From Desulfocicer vacuolatum DSM 3385 (GTDB lineage Bacteria > Desulfobacterota > Desulfobacteria > Desulfobacterales > SURF-7), in the NCBI GenBank assembly GCA_945870015.1, contig CAMBQS010000001.1, positions 1 through 30,390 on the forward strand: 30,390 nt of DNA, written 5' to 3'. Each line of letters opens with the position of its first letter. Within the stretch, counting starts at the first letter, position 1. Below, piece after piece: positions 16,758 through 26,768 of the stretch. A program made the position numbers and the translations under genes. The notes under the pieces were generated by a model, which worked only from the letters and a program-made list of their open reading frames with translations, ran no database searches and had not been told where the DNA came from.

Positions 16758-16788
16758 GCATGGAACAGGTATTTCACCTGTTCCATGC
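16758..16788. other. Perfect 13-bp hairpin
   Basis: GCATGGAACAGGT-ATTTC-ACCTGTTCCATGC; no U-tract on either strand. Confidence 0.75.
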
Positions 16789-16921
16789 GGATTCTCATTT
16801 GGCCGTATGTATATCCCTGCTAACCAATTTCAAATATCGATATAATTTGTTTTAAGTACAATATATTGGCGATTATGCAATCCTGAAAAGCAGATAACCT
16901 TCAATGGTCTTCAACCGTTTT

Positions 16922-16963
16922 TTTAACACAAAAATAATTTGTTTCTAACACAAATCTAATAAA
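16922..16963 (+). promoter_or_regulatory. Putative PhoB-binding array (Pho-box-like)
   Basis: TAACACA at 16924 and 16946, TAAT at 16935 and 16957: four half-sites with exact 11-bp periodicity, 70-110 nt upstream of pstS. Confidence 0.65.
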
Positions 16964-17031
16964 AGAGAGCTATTTTTCCCCCAGCTTTATCGAATCAGCA
17001 GTACAACCCATAACGATTTCAGGAGGGAAAA

Positions 17032-17853
17032 ATGAAAAAAAGAAATAAACTGGTCATCATGACAACGGCGCTGATCTTTTTTGCAGGTATCAGCATGGCC
17101 TGGGCAGGGAATATCGTGATCAAGGGTTCCACCACGGTTTTGCCGGTTGCGCAGAAGGTTGCAGAAGCCTATATGAAAGAAAACCCGGACGTCAGCATCT
17201 CCATTTCCGGCGGTGGGTCTGGAAACGGAATCAAGGCCATCATTGACGGAACCACGGATATTGCAAACAGCTCCCGTTTTATCAAGGACAATGAAGTTCA
17301 GCTCGCTGTGACCAAGGGCTTCTATCCGGTGCCGTTTGCCGTTGCATATGATTGTATTGTCCCGGTTGTTCATCCGTCCAATACAGTCAAAGATCTCACA
17401 CTGGACCAATTGAAGGCCATATATAAAGGTGAAATCAAGAATTGGAATCAGGTGGGCGGGCCCAGCCAGCCAATCGTTGTAATCTCAAGAGATACCTCCT
17501 CTGGAACTTATGAAGTCTGGGAAGAGAAGGTGTTGAAGAAGGAAAGAGTGTATCCCGGTGCCCTGCTTCAGGCTTCAAACGGTGCCGTTGCCCAGGCAGT
17601 TGCAAAAAATAAAAACGCCGTCGGGTATGTGGGTGTGGGATATATCAACGATGATTTGAAACCGGTTACGGTCAACGGGGTTGTTGGATCGGCAGAGACC
17701 ACGTTAAACGGTTCATTCCCCATCAGCCGACCTTTGTATATGTTTACCAACAAATGGCCGATGGATGACATTGCCAAATTCATCAATTATGTACAGCATC
17801 CGGAAAAGGGCCAGAAATTGGTAAAAGATGCCGGCTTTGTTCCTCTTTATTAA
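17032..17853 (+). CDS. pstS: Phosphate ABC transporter substrate-binding protein
   Basis: GSTTVLP, GGGSGNG, DIANSSR, SRDTSSGT, YPISRPLY-like motif; signal peptide; AGGAGG RBS. Confidence 0.95.
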   Translation: MKKRNKLVIMTTALIFFAGISMAWAGNIVIKGSTTVLPVAQKVAEAYMKENPDVSISISGGGSGNGIKAIIDGTTDIANSSRFIKDNEVQLAVTKGFYPVPFAVAYDCIVPVVHPSNTVKDLTLDQLKAIYKGEIKNWNQVGGPSQPIVVISRDTSSGTYEVWEEKVLKKERVYPGALLQASNGAVAQAVAKNKNAVGYVGVGYINDDLKPVTVNGVVGSAETTLNGSFPISRPLYMFTNKWPMDDIAKFINYVQHPEKGQKLVKDAGFVPLY

Positions 17854-17860
17854 TGAATTG

Positions 17861-17914
17861 TCTGTCTGGTGAGGCTGGCAGGAAAAGGAATCCTGCCGGA
17901 CTTGCCGGAACAGA
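17861..17914 (+). other. Intercistronic stem-loop between pstS and pstC
   Basis: Core GGCAGGA/TCCTGCC extended with G-U pairs to TCTGT/ACAGA. Confidence 0.6.
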
Positions 17915-17953
17915 TCAGATGAGCGTCTACACAGAAACAAGCAGGCAGAATAG

Positions 17954-18847
17954 ATGATTTTCAGCCAGAAACATAAAGATCGCTTCATGAGTTATTTCTT
18001 TTTAGTGGTAGCGACAGCTTCCATAGCGGTTCTCTTTATGATTACGCTTTTTTTATTTGTTGAGGGAATACCCATATTCCAGAAAATCAGCCCAAAGGAT
18101 TTTCTGTTTGGAGAATACTGGTATCCGACCGCAGAGCCACCGGATTTTGGCATTTTCCCGCTGATTTTCGGTTCTCTATCGGTGACCTTCCTTTCTGCAC
18201 TGATATCCATTCCGCTGGGAGTACTCACAGCAATTTACCTTGCGGAGATTGCTTCCTATCGGTTCCGGGAAATTGTGAAACCCATAGTGGAACTGCTGGC
18301 ATCCCTGCCTTCGGTTGTGATTGGTTTTTTCGGGATGGTGGTTGTTGCACCGTTTTTACAGGAAACATTCAATATCGCAACTGGATTGAATATGTTCAAT
18401 GCCGCCTTCATGCTTGCCTTTATGTCAGTTCCGACAATCTGCAGCATATCCGAGGATGCGATCTACAGTGTTCCGGTAAGCCTGAAAGAGGCATCTCTCG
18501 CATTGGGAGCAACATCATTAGACACCATTATCCGGGTGACCATTCCGGCTTCCATATCCGGTATCAGTACGGCGATCATTCTCGGCATGTCCAGGGCGAT
18601 CGGAGAAACCATGGTCGTTCTGATGGTAGCCGGAGGCGCGGCCATGGTACCAGGATCTGTATTTGATCCGGTCCGGCCTCTTCCATCAAGCATTGCTGCG
18701 GAAATGGGAGAGGCGCCCTATCGGGGAGATCATTACTACGCGCTCTTTGCAATCGGAATTGTACTGTTTGTATTTACCTTTTCATTTAACCTGATTGCAG
18801 ATCATATCTCGAATAAATACAGACAAGTAGGAGATGCAACCCTTTGA
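17954..18847 (+). CDS. pstC: Phosphate ABC transporter permease
   Basis: FGIFPLIFGS, ELLASLPSVVIG, EASLALGAT, RAIGETMVV. Confidence 0.96.
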   Translation: MIFSQKHKDRFMSYFFLVVATASIAVLFMITLFLFVEGIPIFQKISPKDFLFGEYWYPTAEPPDFGIFPLIFGSLSVTFLSALISIPLGVLTAIYLAEIASYRFREIVKPIVELLASLPSVVIGFFGMVVVAPFLQETFNIATGLNMFNAAFMLAFMSVPTICSISEDAIYSVPVSLKEASLALGATSLDTIIRVTIPASISGISTAIILGMSRAIGETMVVLMVAGGAAMVPGSVFDPVRPLPSSIAAEMGEAPYRGDHYYALFAIGIVLFVFTFSFNLIADHISNKYRQVGDATL

Positions 18848-19743
18848 AATCCTTTACAGTTGAAAGCACCGGAAACAATTATATCCGTCTCAGAAAGAAA
18901 ATCACGCAATCTTTCTGTTTCATGCTTTTCCGTTCTGCCGCTGCAATCAACGGTCTGGCGCTGGTAATTATTGTCTATTTTATTCTGGCAAACGGATGGA
19001 AGGCCATCAACTGGACTTTTCTGACTCAGCCGCCGATGGATTCCATGACCAAGGGGGGAATTCTCCCTTGTATTATCGGAACAGTATGCCTCTGTATCGG
19101 CGCCATGGCGGTTGCGTTTCCAATCGGCGTATTTTCCGGAATCTATATCAATGAGTATGCAAAACCCGGACGAACGCTCCGGATTATCCGTCTTGGAATC
19201 AGCAACCTCGCCGGTGTTCCTTCTGTTGTTTTCGGATTATTTGGATTGGCTTTTTTTGTGATCTATCTGAAAATGGGAGTTTCCATTCTGGCCGGAGCGC
19301 TTACGCTGGGTGCGATGTCTTTGCCGGTGATTATTGGTTCAACAGAGGAGGCACTGAAATCCGTACCGGATACATACCGGGAAGCTTCGCTTGCGCTCGG
19401 TGCCACAAAACTCCAAACCATTTTCAGGGTGGTGGTGCCTGCGGCAATGCCCGGGATACTGACCGGAGGTATATTAGGGATCAGCAGAGCGGCCGGTGAA
19501 ACCGCACCAATCATGTTTACGGCGGCTGTATTTTTTTCACCCAATCTGCCGGAATCCATTTTTGATGAAGTCATGGCGCTTCCCTACCACATATATGTTC
19601 TGGCTACTGCCGGGACGGAAATTGAAACCACCAGACCGCTTCAGTATGGGACGGCACTTGTTCTGATCGCTCTGGTACTTGGCATGAATTTGACTGCAAT
19701 CATTCTTCGTTCACGGCTTCGGAAAAAAATGAGGCAGATTTAA
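18844..19743 (+). CDS. pstA: Phosphate ABC transporter permease
   Basis: GGILPCIIGT, LAGVPSVVFGLFG, EASLALGATK, RAAGETAP; TTG start overlaps the pstC stop. Confidence 0.96.
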   Translation: MKSFTVESTGNNYIRLRKKITQSFCFMLFRSAAAINGLALVIIVYFILANGWKAINWTFLTQPPMDSMTKGGILPCIIGTVCLCIGAMAVAFPIGVFSGIYINEYAKPGRTLRIIRLGISNLAGVPSVVFGLFGLAFFVIYLKMGVSILAGALTLGAMSLPVIIGSTEEALKSVPDTYREASLALGATKLQTIFRVVVPAAMPGILTGGILGISRAAGETAPIMFTAAVFFSPNLPESIFDEVMALPYHIYVLATAGTEIETTRPLQYGTALVLIALVLGMNLTAIILRSRLRKKMRQI

Positions 19744-19776
19744 ATAGATGAACAGCGATGAACCGGAAATGAAAAA

Positions 19777-20538
19777 ATGGAACAAGCGTATAAAATTACA
19801 TCCAGAAATCTAGATTTTTATTATGGCGGGTTTAAAGCCCTTCAGGAGATCTCCCTGGATTTTAAATTAAACCAGGCCACGGCCCTGATCGGCCCGTCCG
19901 GGTGTGGGAAAAGCACGTTTCTTCGCTGTCTGAATCGAATGAATGACCTGATTCCAGGCATTCGTGTGGATGGTGAGATCTGCATGGATGGAGAAGACAT
20001 TTATAAGCCTTCTGTGGATGTGGTGAATCTCCGGAGCCGGATTGGAATGGTGTTTCAGAAACCCAATCCTTTTCCCAAGACAATCTTTGAAAATGTCGCC
20101 TATGGATTGAAAGTCAAGGGAGTGAAAGATAAAAATCTGATTGCCGAACGGGTTGAAAAGAGTCTAAGATCAGGAGCGCTCTGGAACGAGGTCAAGGACA
20201 GGCTGCATGACTCTGCACTGGGTCTATCCGGCGGTCAGCAGCAGCGATTGTGCATTGCACGGGCTTTGGCAGTTGAACCGGAGGTTCTGTTGATGGATGA
20301 ACCCTGTTCGGCACTGGACCCGATCGCAACACAGAAGATTGAGGAGCTGATCCACGAATTAAAAGACAAGTACACGATTATTATCGTTACCCATAACATG
20401 CAGCAGGCTGCAAGGGTATCGGATGTGACTGCCTTTTTTTATATGGGAAAGCTGATTGAGGTGGGAGAGACCGATACCATTTTTACCCGGCCCAGACTGA
20501 AAACGACCGAAGATTATATCACCGGACGCTTTGGATGA
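19777..20538 (+). CDS. pstB: Phosphate ABC transporter ATP-binding protein
   Basis: Walker [43 protein letters not shown]. Confidence 0.98.
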   Translation: MEQAYKITSRNLDFYYGGFKALQEISLDFKLNQATALIGPSGCGKSTFLRCLNRMNDLIPGIRVDGEICMDGEDIYKPSVDVVNLRSRIGMVFQKPNPFPKTIFENVAYGLKVKGVKDKNLIAERVEKSLRSGALWNEVKDRLHDSALGLSGGQQQRLCIARALAVEPEVLLMDEPCSALDPIATQKIEELIHELKDKYTIIIVTHNMQQAARVSDVTAFFYMGKLIEVGETDTIFTRPRLKTTEDYITGRFG

Positions 20539-20554
20539 TCCTGAGGAACAGAAT

Positions 20555-21214
20555 ATGACCATACATTTACAGAAAGAGCTTTCAAAAATTAAAAAATCGA
20601 TTTTAACCCTTGGCGCAATGGTTGAAGATCGTGTTCGTCTGGCGGCGCTGGCCATCGAGACCAAAGATGCGGAGCTGGCGAAAAGAGTAGTCAATTCAGA
20701 CCATGAAGTAGATGAAATGGAAGTGGATATAGAAGAAGAGTGTCTGAAAATTCTGGCCTTGTATCAGCCGGTCGCCGTCGACCTCCGGTTTTTGATTGCC
20801 GTTATCAAAATCAACAGTGACCTCGAGAGTATTGGGGATCAGGCGGTGAATATCGCCCAGCGGGTAGCCATAATCGCAAAACAGAAGAAATACTCCTTTG
20901 TTTTTGACTACTCGGTGATGGCTCAAAAATCCCAGGAGATGCTGAAGAAAAGTCTGGACGCGCTGGTGAATCTGGACCTGGATCTGGCTTTCCGCGTTCT
21001 GGTGATGGATGATGATGTGGATCTGATTCAGAGGCAGGCTTATGATGAAATCAAAGCAGCCATGGCCGATGCCCATGCAGACAGCCATGGATATCTGATC
21101 AATCTGCTGCTGGTTTCACGCCATCTGGAACGGTTGGCAGACTATGCGACCAATATTGCAGAAGAGGTGATCTATCTGATTGAAGGAGAGATTGTTCGCC
21201 ATGCGAAAGTATAG
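20555..21214 (+). CDS. phoU: Phosphate signalling protein PhoU
   Basis: DHEVDEME, QPVAVDLR, DLESIGDQAVNIA, HLERLADYATNIAEEVIY; ATG 20555 with GAGG RBS. Confidence 0.96.
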   Translation: MTIHLQKELSKIKKSILTLGAMVEDRVRLAALAIETKDAELAKRVVNSDHEVDEMEVDIEEECLKILALYQPVAVDLRFLIAVIKINSDLESIGDQAVNIAQRVAIIAKQKKYSFVFDYSVMAQKSQEMLKKSLDALVNLDLDLAFRVLVMDDDVDLIQRQAYDEIKAAMADAHADSHGYLINLLLVSRHLERLADYATNIAEEVIYLIEGEIVRHAKV

Positions 21215-21273
21215 GTTTGCCGTGAAGTCAAACCGGAAAGATCTATTTCATTTTAAATTATGGGCAGGAAAAA

Positions 21274-21966
21274 ATGTCGAAAACAATATTAGCCGTAGAT
21301 GATGAAGAGGATATCCTGGAACTGGTGAATTACAACCTGCGCCGGGAAGGATATCAGGTGGTCTGTTCCGATTCCGGGGAAGATGCCCTGAAAAGAAGCC
21401 ATTCTTTTGATTTTGACCTGATTTTGCTTGATTTGATGCTTCCCGGGATCGATGGCCTTGAGGTCGCAAAAAGGTTGAAAAAAGATCCCAAAACGCAAAA
21501 TATTCCCATTATCATGATTACGGCAAAGGGAGAGGAAGCAGATGTGGTTACCGGTCTCGAACTCGGTGCGGATGATTATATCACCAAACCGTTTTCTCCC
21601 AGGGTACTTGCTGCAAGAGTAAAGTCGGTTCTGAGGAGAAAGGACAAAAAGCCGGAAGAAAATGAATATGTGTTAAAAGCCCATGAGCTGGTGATCGATT
21701 CCGGGAAGAGAGAGGTGGCGGCGGACGGGCAGGTTTTCCCTCTTACCTTTACTGAATTTCAGGTGCTGCATTTCCTTGCCGGGTATCCGGGATGGGTGTT
21801 TACACGAAATCAGATTGTGGATGCAGTCCGAGGAGAAGGATATGCAGTCACAGACCGCAGCGTGGATGTCCAGATTGTTGGACTTCGGAAAAAACTTGGC
21901 CCCTATGGTAAATATATTGAAACCGTAAGGGGAGTTGGATATCGGTTTACTGAAAAGAAAAAATGA
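21274..21966 (+). CDS. phoB: PhoB-like OmpR-family response regulator
   Basis: Receiver (VDDE, LDLMLPG, GADDYITKPF) plus winged helix (RSVDVQIVGLRKKL, ETVRGVGY); follows phoU. Confidence 0.9.
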   Translation: MSKTILAVDDEEDILELVNYNLRREGYQVVCSDSGEDALKRSHSFDFDLILLDLMLPGIDGLEVAKRLKKDPKTQNIPIIMITAKGEEADVVTGLELGADDYITKPFSPRVLAARVKSVLRRKDKKPEENEYVLKAHELVIDSGKREVAADGQVFPLTFTEFQVLHFLAGYPGWVFTRNQIVDAVRGEGYAVTDRSVDVQIVGLRKKLGPYGKYIETVRGVGYRFTEKKK

Positions 21967-23738
21967 AAAAGAAAATAAGACTTATCTGGCAGCTTTATCC
22001 ATCCTATCTGGTGGTTGTTTTTATCTCTCTCCTGATTGTATCGATCTACACATCCAATTATATACAGCAGTTTTTTCTGAACAATATGGAAAAGGATCTT
22101 ATGATCCGCAGTCAGTTGATCAAATATCAGATTATGCAGCATATGAATCCACTGGATACGGAGCGCATCGATCAATTCTGTAAAATTGTCGGGGCATCCG
22201 CCGAAACCCGCATAACCGTCATTTTACCGGACGGGATCGTGATCGGTGATTCAAAAGAAGACCCTGCAAAAATGGAAAATCATAAAAACAGGCCTGAAAT
22301 ACTGACAGCACTGGAAGGAAAATCCGGTTCCTCCACAAGGAAGAGCAGCACACTCAGAATGCAGATGATGTATGTCTCACTTCCACTTTTTCTGGATAAC
22401 CGTGTTGTGTCTGTTGTTCGGGTGTCCATACCCATAACGTCGATTATCAGTACAATTGAAGTCGTGCAGTCCCGTGTGATGCTTGTTGGTTTTTTTATCG
22501 CTGTTCTAGCATCCGTGATCAGCCTTTTCATGTCCCGGCGGATCAGCCGGCCTATCGAAGAGATGAGAAAAGGAGCCATGAAATTCGCGCAAGGTGAATT
22601 AAGCCATCGTCTTCATGAACCATCCATCCTTGAACTGGCCAATCTGGCTTCGGTCATGAACCGGACAGCGTTTGAGCTGGAAGACAGGATAGCAACCGTT
22701 AAGAATCAACGGAATGAATATGAAGCTGTTCTATCCAGTATGACGGAAGGGGTGGTCGGGGTTGACCGTGATCAGCGAATTATCACGATCAACAAGGCAG
22801 CGCTTTCTATGCTCGATGCAGATCCGGCCACAACGCCTAGAGGAAGCATTTATGAGGTTTCCAGAAACAGTCATCTGAACAAGCTGATTGAGACGGCCAT
22901 TGAAACCGGTGAACGCAGACAGGAGGATGTCTCTTTTTTTCAAAATGGAAATGAAAGAATCCTGAATATCAAATGCACGGTGTTGAAGAATCCGGTAGAT
23001 GTCAATATCGGTGTACTGATTGTTTTGAATGATGTTACCCAGCTTCGGCGTCTGGAAAATATGCGCCGGGATTTCGCAGCCAATGTGTCCCATGAAATCA
23101 AAACGCCGCTTACCGCGATTAAAGGGTTTGTCGAAACGCTGCGTTTCGGAGGGTTGGAAAGTGCAGAGGACTCGGAACGGTTTCTGACGATCATTGACAA
23201 GCATGTGGATCGTTTGACGGCGATTATTGACGACCTGATGCATCTTTCGAGGATTGAACGGAAAGATGAAATTCAGCAGATCGACCGCAAAACCCATAAA
23301 ATAGAGGATCTGATTCAGTCATCCATTCAACATTGCCGGGGGATTGCCAATGAACGAAACATCAATATCACCTACACCTGCGCGCAGGATCTTACTGCAC
23401 AGATTGATCGTACCATGATGGAGCAAGCCGTAGTCAACCTGTTGGAAAATGCGATCAAATACAGTGAAAAAGAGAGTGATGTGGAGATGGAAGCGGAATT
23501 GGCAGGAGATAAGATTCTTATTCATATTCAGGACCATGGAATCGGTATTGAAGAAAAACATCATGCGCGGCTTTTTGAGCGGTTTTACCGGGTGGACAAG
23601 GCCCGAAGCCGGAAACTGGGCGGAACCGGTCTTGGACTTGCCATTGTCAAACATATTGTGCTGTCTCATGGGGGTGATGTTTCGGTTCAGAGCAAACCCG
23701 GGCAAGGCAGCCGGTTTACCATATCCATTCCAGCCTGA
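21963..23738 (+). CDS. phoR: PhoR-like sensor histidine kinase (TM-HAMP-PAS-HisKA-HATPase)
   Basis: DFAANVSHEIKTPLT H-box, NLLENAIKY, DHGIGI, FERFYRVDKARSR..GGTGLGL; overlaps the phoB stop. Confidence 0.92.
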   Translation: MKKKIRLIWQLYPSYLVVVFISLLIVSIYTSNYIQQFFLNNMEKDLMIRSQLIKYQIMQHMNPLDTERIDQFCKIVGASAETRITVILPDGIVIGDSKEDPAKMENHKNRPEILTALEGKSGSSTRKSSTLRMQMMYVSLPLFLDNRVVSVVRVSIPITSIISTIEVVQSRVMLVGFFIAVLASVISLFMSRRISRPIEEMRKGAMKFAQGELSHRLHEPSILELANLASVMNRTAFELEDRIATVKNQRNEYEAVLSSMTEGVVGVDRDQRIITINKAALSMLDADPATTPRGSIYEVSRNSHLNKLIETAIETGERRQEDVSFFQNGNERILNIKCTVLKNPVDVNIGVLIVLNDVTQLRRLENMRRDFAANVSHEIKTPLTAIKGFVETLRFGGLESAEDSERFLTIIDKHVDRLTAIIDDLMHLSRIERKDEIQQIDRKTHKIEDLIQSSIQHCRGIANERNINITYTCAQDLTAQIDRTMMEQAVVNLLENAIKYSEKESDVEMEAELAGDKILIHIQDHGIGIEEKHHARLFERFYRVDKARSRKLGGTGLGLAIVKHIVLSHGGDVSVQSKPGQGSRFTISIPA

Positions 23739-23745
23739 TCATGGC

Positions 23746-24675
23746 TTACCATCCAAGTCTTCTTCGTACAAAAGAGAAATCGGAATGAACAATGACGATT
23801 CCAGCAACAATGAATAATGATGCCAGGATAATGTTGACTGTGCCGACCGGCTCGTCCAATAAAAATCCTCCCAGCAGAACCCCGGAAATCGGTATGATAA
23901 AAATATAGGAATGAAGTGTGACAGCCCCATATTTTTGCAGCATGTTGATCCAGACAACAAATCCAAAAGAGGCGGTGATCAGGGACTGGTACACAAGCGA
24001 TCCGAAAACTTTCAGGTCGATCGTTCCAAACATCGGCGTATCCCATAAATAACCGGCCAGGAAGAAAAAAGGAACCGACAGGATGCCCGGATACAGTACC
24101 AGTTGAAAGGGTTTAAATCCGGATATGATCTTTTTGGTATAGACGGCGTTGATGGCCCATAGAAAAACCGATGCCAGCATCAGGAAATCACCGGATCGCA
24201 AATCCGAGGAGATTCCATCTTTTTCCAGAAACATGACGGTAACACCGGCAAATCCCAACAGAATTCCAACCAGCTTTTTGGGTGTAAACGAATCACCAGG
24301 AATAAAAAAATGTGCCAGGATGAGAACAAAAAACGGTTGCAGATTGATAATCAGGGAACCACGGGAGGCATAGGTCAGACTCAGTCCGAGATTAAACAGG
24401 CCAAGCTGGCAGATAAAAATAGCAGACACGATCAACATCTCTTTGATCTGCGTTCTTTTGATGAAAATCGGCCGTCCGGTCAGAAGAGCCCATAAAGTGA
24501 TGGTCATGGAAGCAATAAAGAAGCGTGAACCCGCTGTTGTAAACGCACCCATTCCGGAGAGGGTGATTTTCACAAACACGGTATTGGCCCCAAAGGTGGT
24601 GCAGATCCCGATGATGGCCAGCGTAGCCAGGAACGATGGTTCCAGGTTTCCGGTTTTTGGTTGTATTTCTTCCAT
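23746..24675 (-). CDS. EamA/DMT family transporter
   Basis: About 10 TM segments with two EamA-like repeats; convergent with phoR. Confidence 0.88.
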   Translation of the reverse strand: MEEIQPKTGNLEPSFLATLAIIGICTTFGANTVFVKITLSGMGAFTTAGSRFFIASMTITLWALLTGRPIFIKRTQIKEMLIVSAIFICQLGLFNLGLSLTYASRGSLIINLQPFFVLILAHFFIPGDSFTPKKLVGILLGFAGVTVMFLEKDGISSDLRSGDFLMLASVFLWAINAVYTKKIISGFKPFQLVLYPGILSVPFFFLAGYLWDTPMFGTIDLKVFGSLVYQSLITASFGFVVWINMLQKYGAVTLHSYIFIIPISGVLLGGFLLDEPVGTVNIILASLFIVAGIVIVHSDFSFVRRRLGW

Positions 24676-24753
24676 AAAATTGAATCAAGGTTGGCAGGTT
24701 GCCGAGCCATCGGGTTGCCGGATCAGGTTTTTTGGAACATCCTTTTTTTGATG

Positions 24754-24960
24754 TCAGTAGGAAAAACGGATGAACATACGAAAGGCGATCAGCATGCACA
24801 GAATGATGATGATCATAATACCCGGAGCGGTTGACCATGCTGTATACCATGGATTGCCTTTTGCCTTCAGCTCTTTTCGTTCCTGATCAAACCATCGCCC
24901 CAGAAGCACACCTGCAACAAGAACAGGTACAAATTTGAAATAATATAAAAATGTTGCCAA
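24754..24960 (-). CDS. Small hypothetical membrane protein
   Basis: TTG at 24960 with GAGG RBS; two hydrophobic stretches around ERKELKAKGNPWY. The track start (24990) lacks an RBS. Confidence 0.6.
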   Translation of the reverse strand: MATFLYYFKFVPVLVAGVLLGRWFDQERKELKAKGNPWYTAWSTAPGIMIIIILCMLIAFRMFIRFSY

Positions 24961-25149
24961 ACATATCCTCGCTTGTATTGTTTTATTCAACAGTTTTGAT
25001 TACACATAGACCGCGTTACCGTCTGTTTTCAACCAAACATTTTGTTAGATATTCAGATTCAATAAATTTTGCAAGCTGCATCTATTGCTTTTCCGGTAAA
25101 ATAATTCAAGTCTTTTGATCAAACAGTCGATACAAGTAAAAAGCCTTTT

Positions 25150-25177
25150 TAAAACGGTTCCCATGCCATGCCGATTC
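25150..25177 (+). promoter_or_regulatory. Possible sigma28 (FliA)-type promoter
   Basis: TAAA-N16-GCCGATTC; a second TCAA-N16-GTCGATAC at 25106-25133. Spacing is one nt longer than the canonical N15. Confidence 0.35.
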
Positions 25178-25238
25178 AGGCATCCTGTTTTAATTCCATT
25201 GATAGGCAATTTTTTTTTGAAAACAGGGAGAAACACAA

Positions 25239-26651
25239 ATGATACAGAATATCGAAAGCTGTCCATTTCAATGCCCTCAGCAGGCATGGACTTTGAATGA
25301 AACCGGACTGGACAAACAGAATTCTATCCAGGAAAATAAAATCTATTCATATACATCCATTGAAATGATTGAGGTCCAGTACATCAGCCTGGATAGCTCT
25401 TCTGATCCATCAAAAGCGCTGGATCTTTTTTTTTCAAATCTGAAAGAAGCTTTGACCGGGGTGATCTCGTTTGAAAATGCAGCCAGCCCTTTTCCCTATT
25501 CAAACACAGACACTCCTGATGGTTTTGCCGGAAACCTATTGAACCGGATACAGGAGCAGGTTGCCAATATCGAGGCTCCGACGATTCCTCCGGCAGAGGA
25601 TACGAGCGTGCCTGAAAGCGAACTTGCCCAGGCTGTTCAGATGGAGGAATTGAACGAACCGGCAGAGATGTCAACAGCTCCGATTCAGGCAGCCTTGGCA
25701 GAAGAGATCCACATGCAGCCGGTCGTTGATGAGGCAAAACAGCAGTTTCTGAATACGGTTGAAAACGGCGTCAGTAAAGGGTTACAGGAAACCGTATCCT
25801 ATCTTTCACAATCAGTTTTGCGGGAACAGTCGATTCAGATCGTTGAAGAAGCGGATCAGCTCATTAAAAAAGGGATTCAATCCTTGCGGAAAAATCAACC
25901 GGCACTTCGGCAGGGAAGCGAAGATATGCTTGAAATGCAAGGTGAGAGTGAATCAAGGGAACTCAATCTGGAGATTCTGACAAAGGATGGCGATCGGGTG
26001 AAGATTGAAATCAATACCGATACGATGTCCGAATTGGTTCGTTATCAATATGAAGATGAAGGCAGGAGTATCAGGGGGAAACAGATTTCAGATTCCACAG
26101 ATGATTTTCTCTCCTTTTCGATTCAGGGCGAGTTGGACCCGGAGGAATTGAACGCCATATCCGATCTGATCGGTGAAATCACTACCCTGGCTGATACGTT
26201 TTATTCCGGAAATTTTCAGGACGCGTTATCTCAAGCCACAGAAATGGGTTATAATTCTAATGAGCTTTCCGGATTTTCACTGGATCTGAAGTATGAAAGA
26301 AGCGCGTATGCTGCTTATATGAGTCCTGAAACCCAGGTTCCAGCCTATGAGAATACAAAAACAGCTCAACCCGCATCCGGGAACTACCTGGGAACCATGA
26401 TGGAAGATGTACAAAAACTTGCAGATCATCAAGGGTTTGCCTTGTTTGAAAAACCGCTTGATCTATTCAAAGATATTTTCCTGGCATTGCAGGAACCGAT
26501 TGAGTCTGTTTCTTCGGACGCAACTCACCAAAATCCGGATCTGATCACCCGAATGCTTGAAAAAGCCCTTTCCCGGGAAGAAAATGCCGATGAGGCGAAC
26601 ACGGATTTGCTGAAACTTCCATCCTACAGGACGATTGATTATTTCTCATAG
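25239..26651 (+). CDS. Acidic hypothetical protein, DUF5610-like
   Basis: 470-aa ORF with GGGAG RBS. Segments VENGVSKGLQE, LEILTKDGDRVKIEI, FSIQGELDPEELNAI, ADTFYSGN...GFSLDL resemble DUF5610-associated proteins (recognition from memory). Confidence 0.6.
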   Translation: MIQNIESCPFQCPQQAWTLNETGLDKQNSIQENKIYSYTSIEMIEVQYISLDSSSDPSKALDLFFSNLKEALTGVISFENAASPFPYSNTDTPDGFAGNLLNRIQEQVANIEAPTIPPAEDTSVPESELAQAVQMEELNEPAEMSTAPIQAALAEEIHMQPVVDEAKQQFLNTVENGVSKGLQETVSYLSQSVLREQSIQIVEEADQLIKKGIQSLRKNQPALRQGSEDMLEMQGESESRELNLEILTKDGDRVKIEINTDTMSELVRYQYEDEGRSIRGKQISDSTDDFLSFSIQGELDPEELNAISDLIGEITTLADTFYSGNFQDALSQATEMGYNSNELSGFSLDLKYERSAYAAYMSPETQVPAYENTKTAQPASGNYLGTMMEDVQKLADHQGFALFEKPLDLFKDIFLALQEPIESVSSDATHQNPDLITRMLEKALSREENADEANTDLLKLPSYRTIDYFS

Positions 26652-26709
26652 AATTGAAACTGCAATAAGTATTCTTCTATAAAAACGATAAAAACAGCCG
26701 GAAGTCTAC

Positions 26710-26763
26710 TTGACAAACAACCCCTTTTTTTGATAATTATTTGGTCAAAAAAGGGGGTTGTTT
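26710..26763 (+). promoter_or_regulatory. Promoter overlapped by a 19-bp inverted repeat
   Basis: TTGACA (26710-26715)-N16-GATAAT (26732-26737); arms AAACAACCCCTTTTTTTGA (26715-26733) and TCAAAAAAGGGGGTTGTTT (26745-26763), one mismatch. Confidence 0.7.
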
Positions 26764-26768
26764 TAATC

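Noticed and set aside
16977-16985. TCCCCCAGC matching the tRNA-Gln 3' end (possible attR)
   Set aside because: Only 9 nt, expected by chance in a window this size, and it lies between the Pho-box array and pstS.
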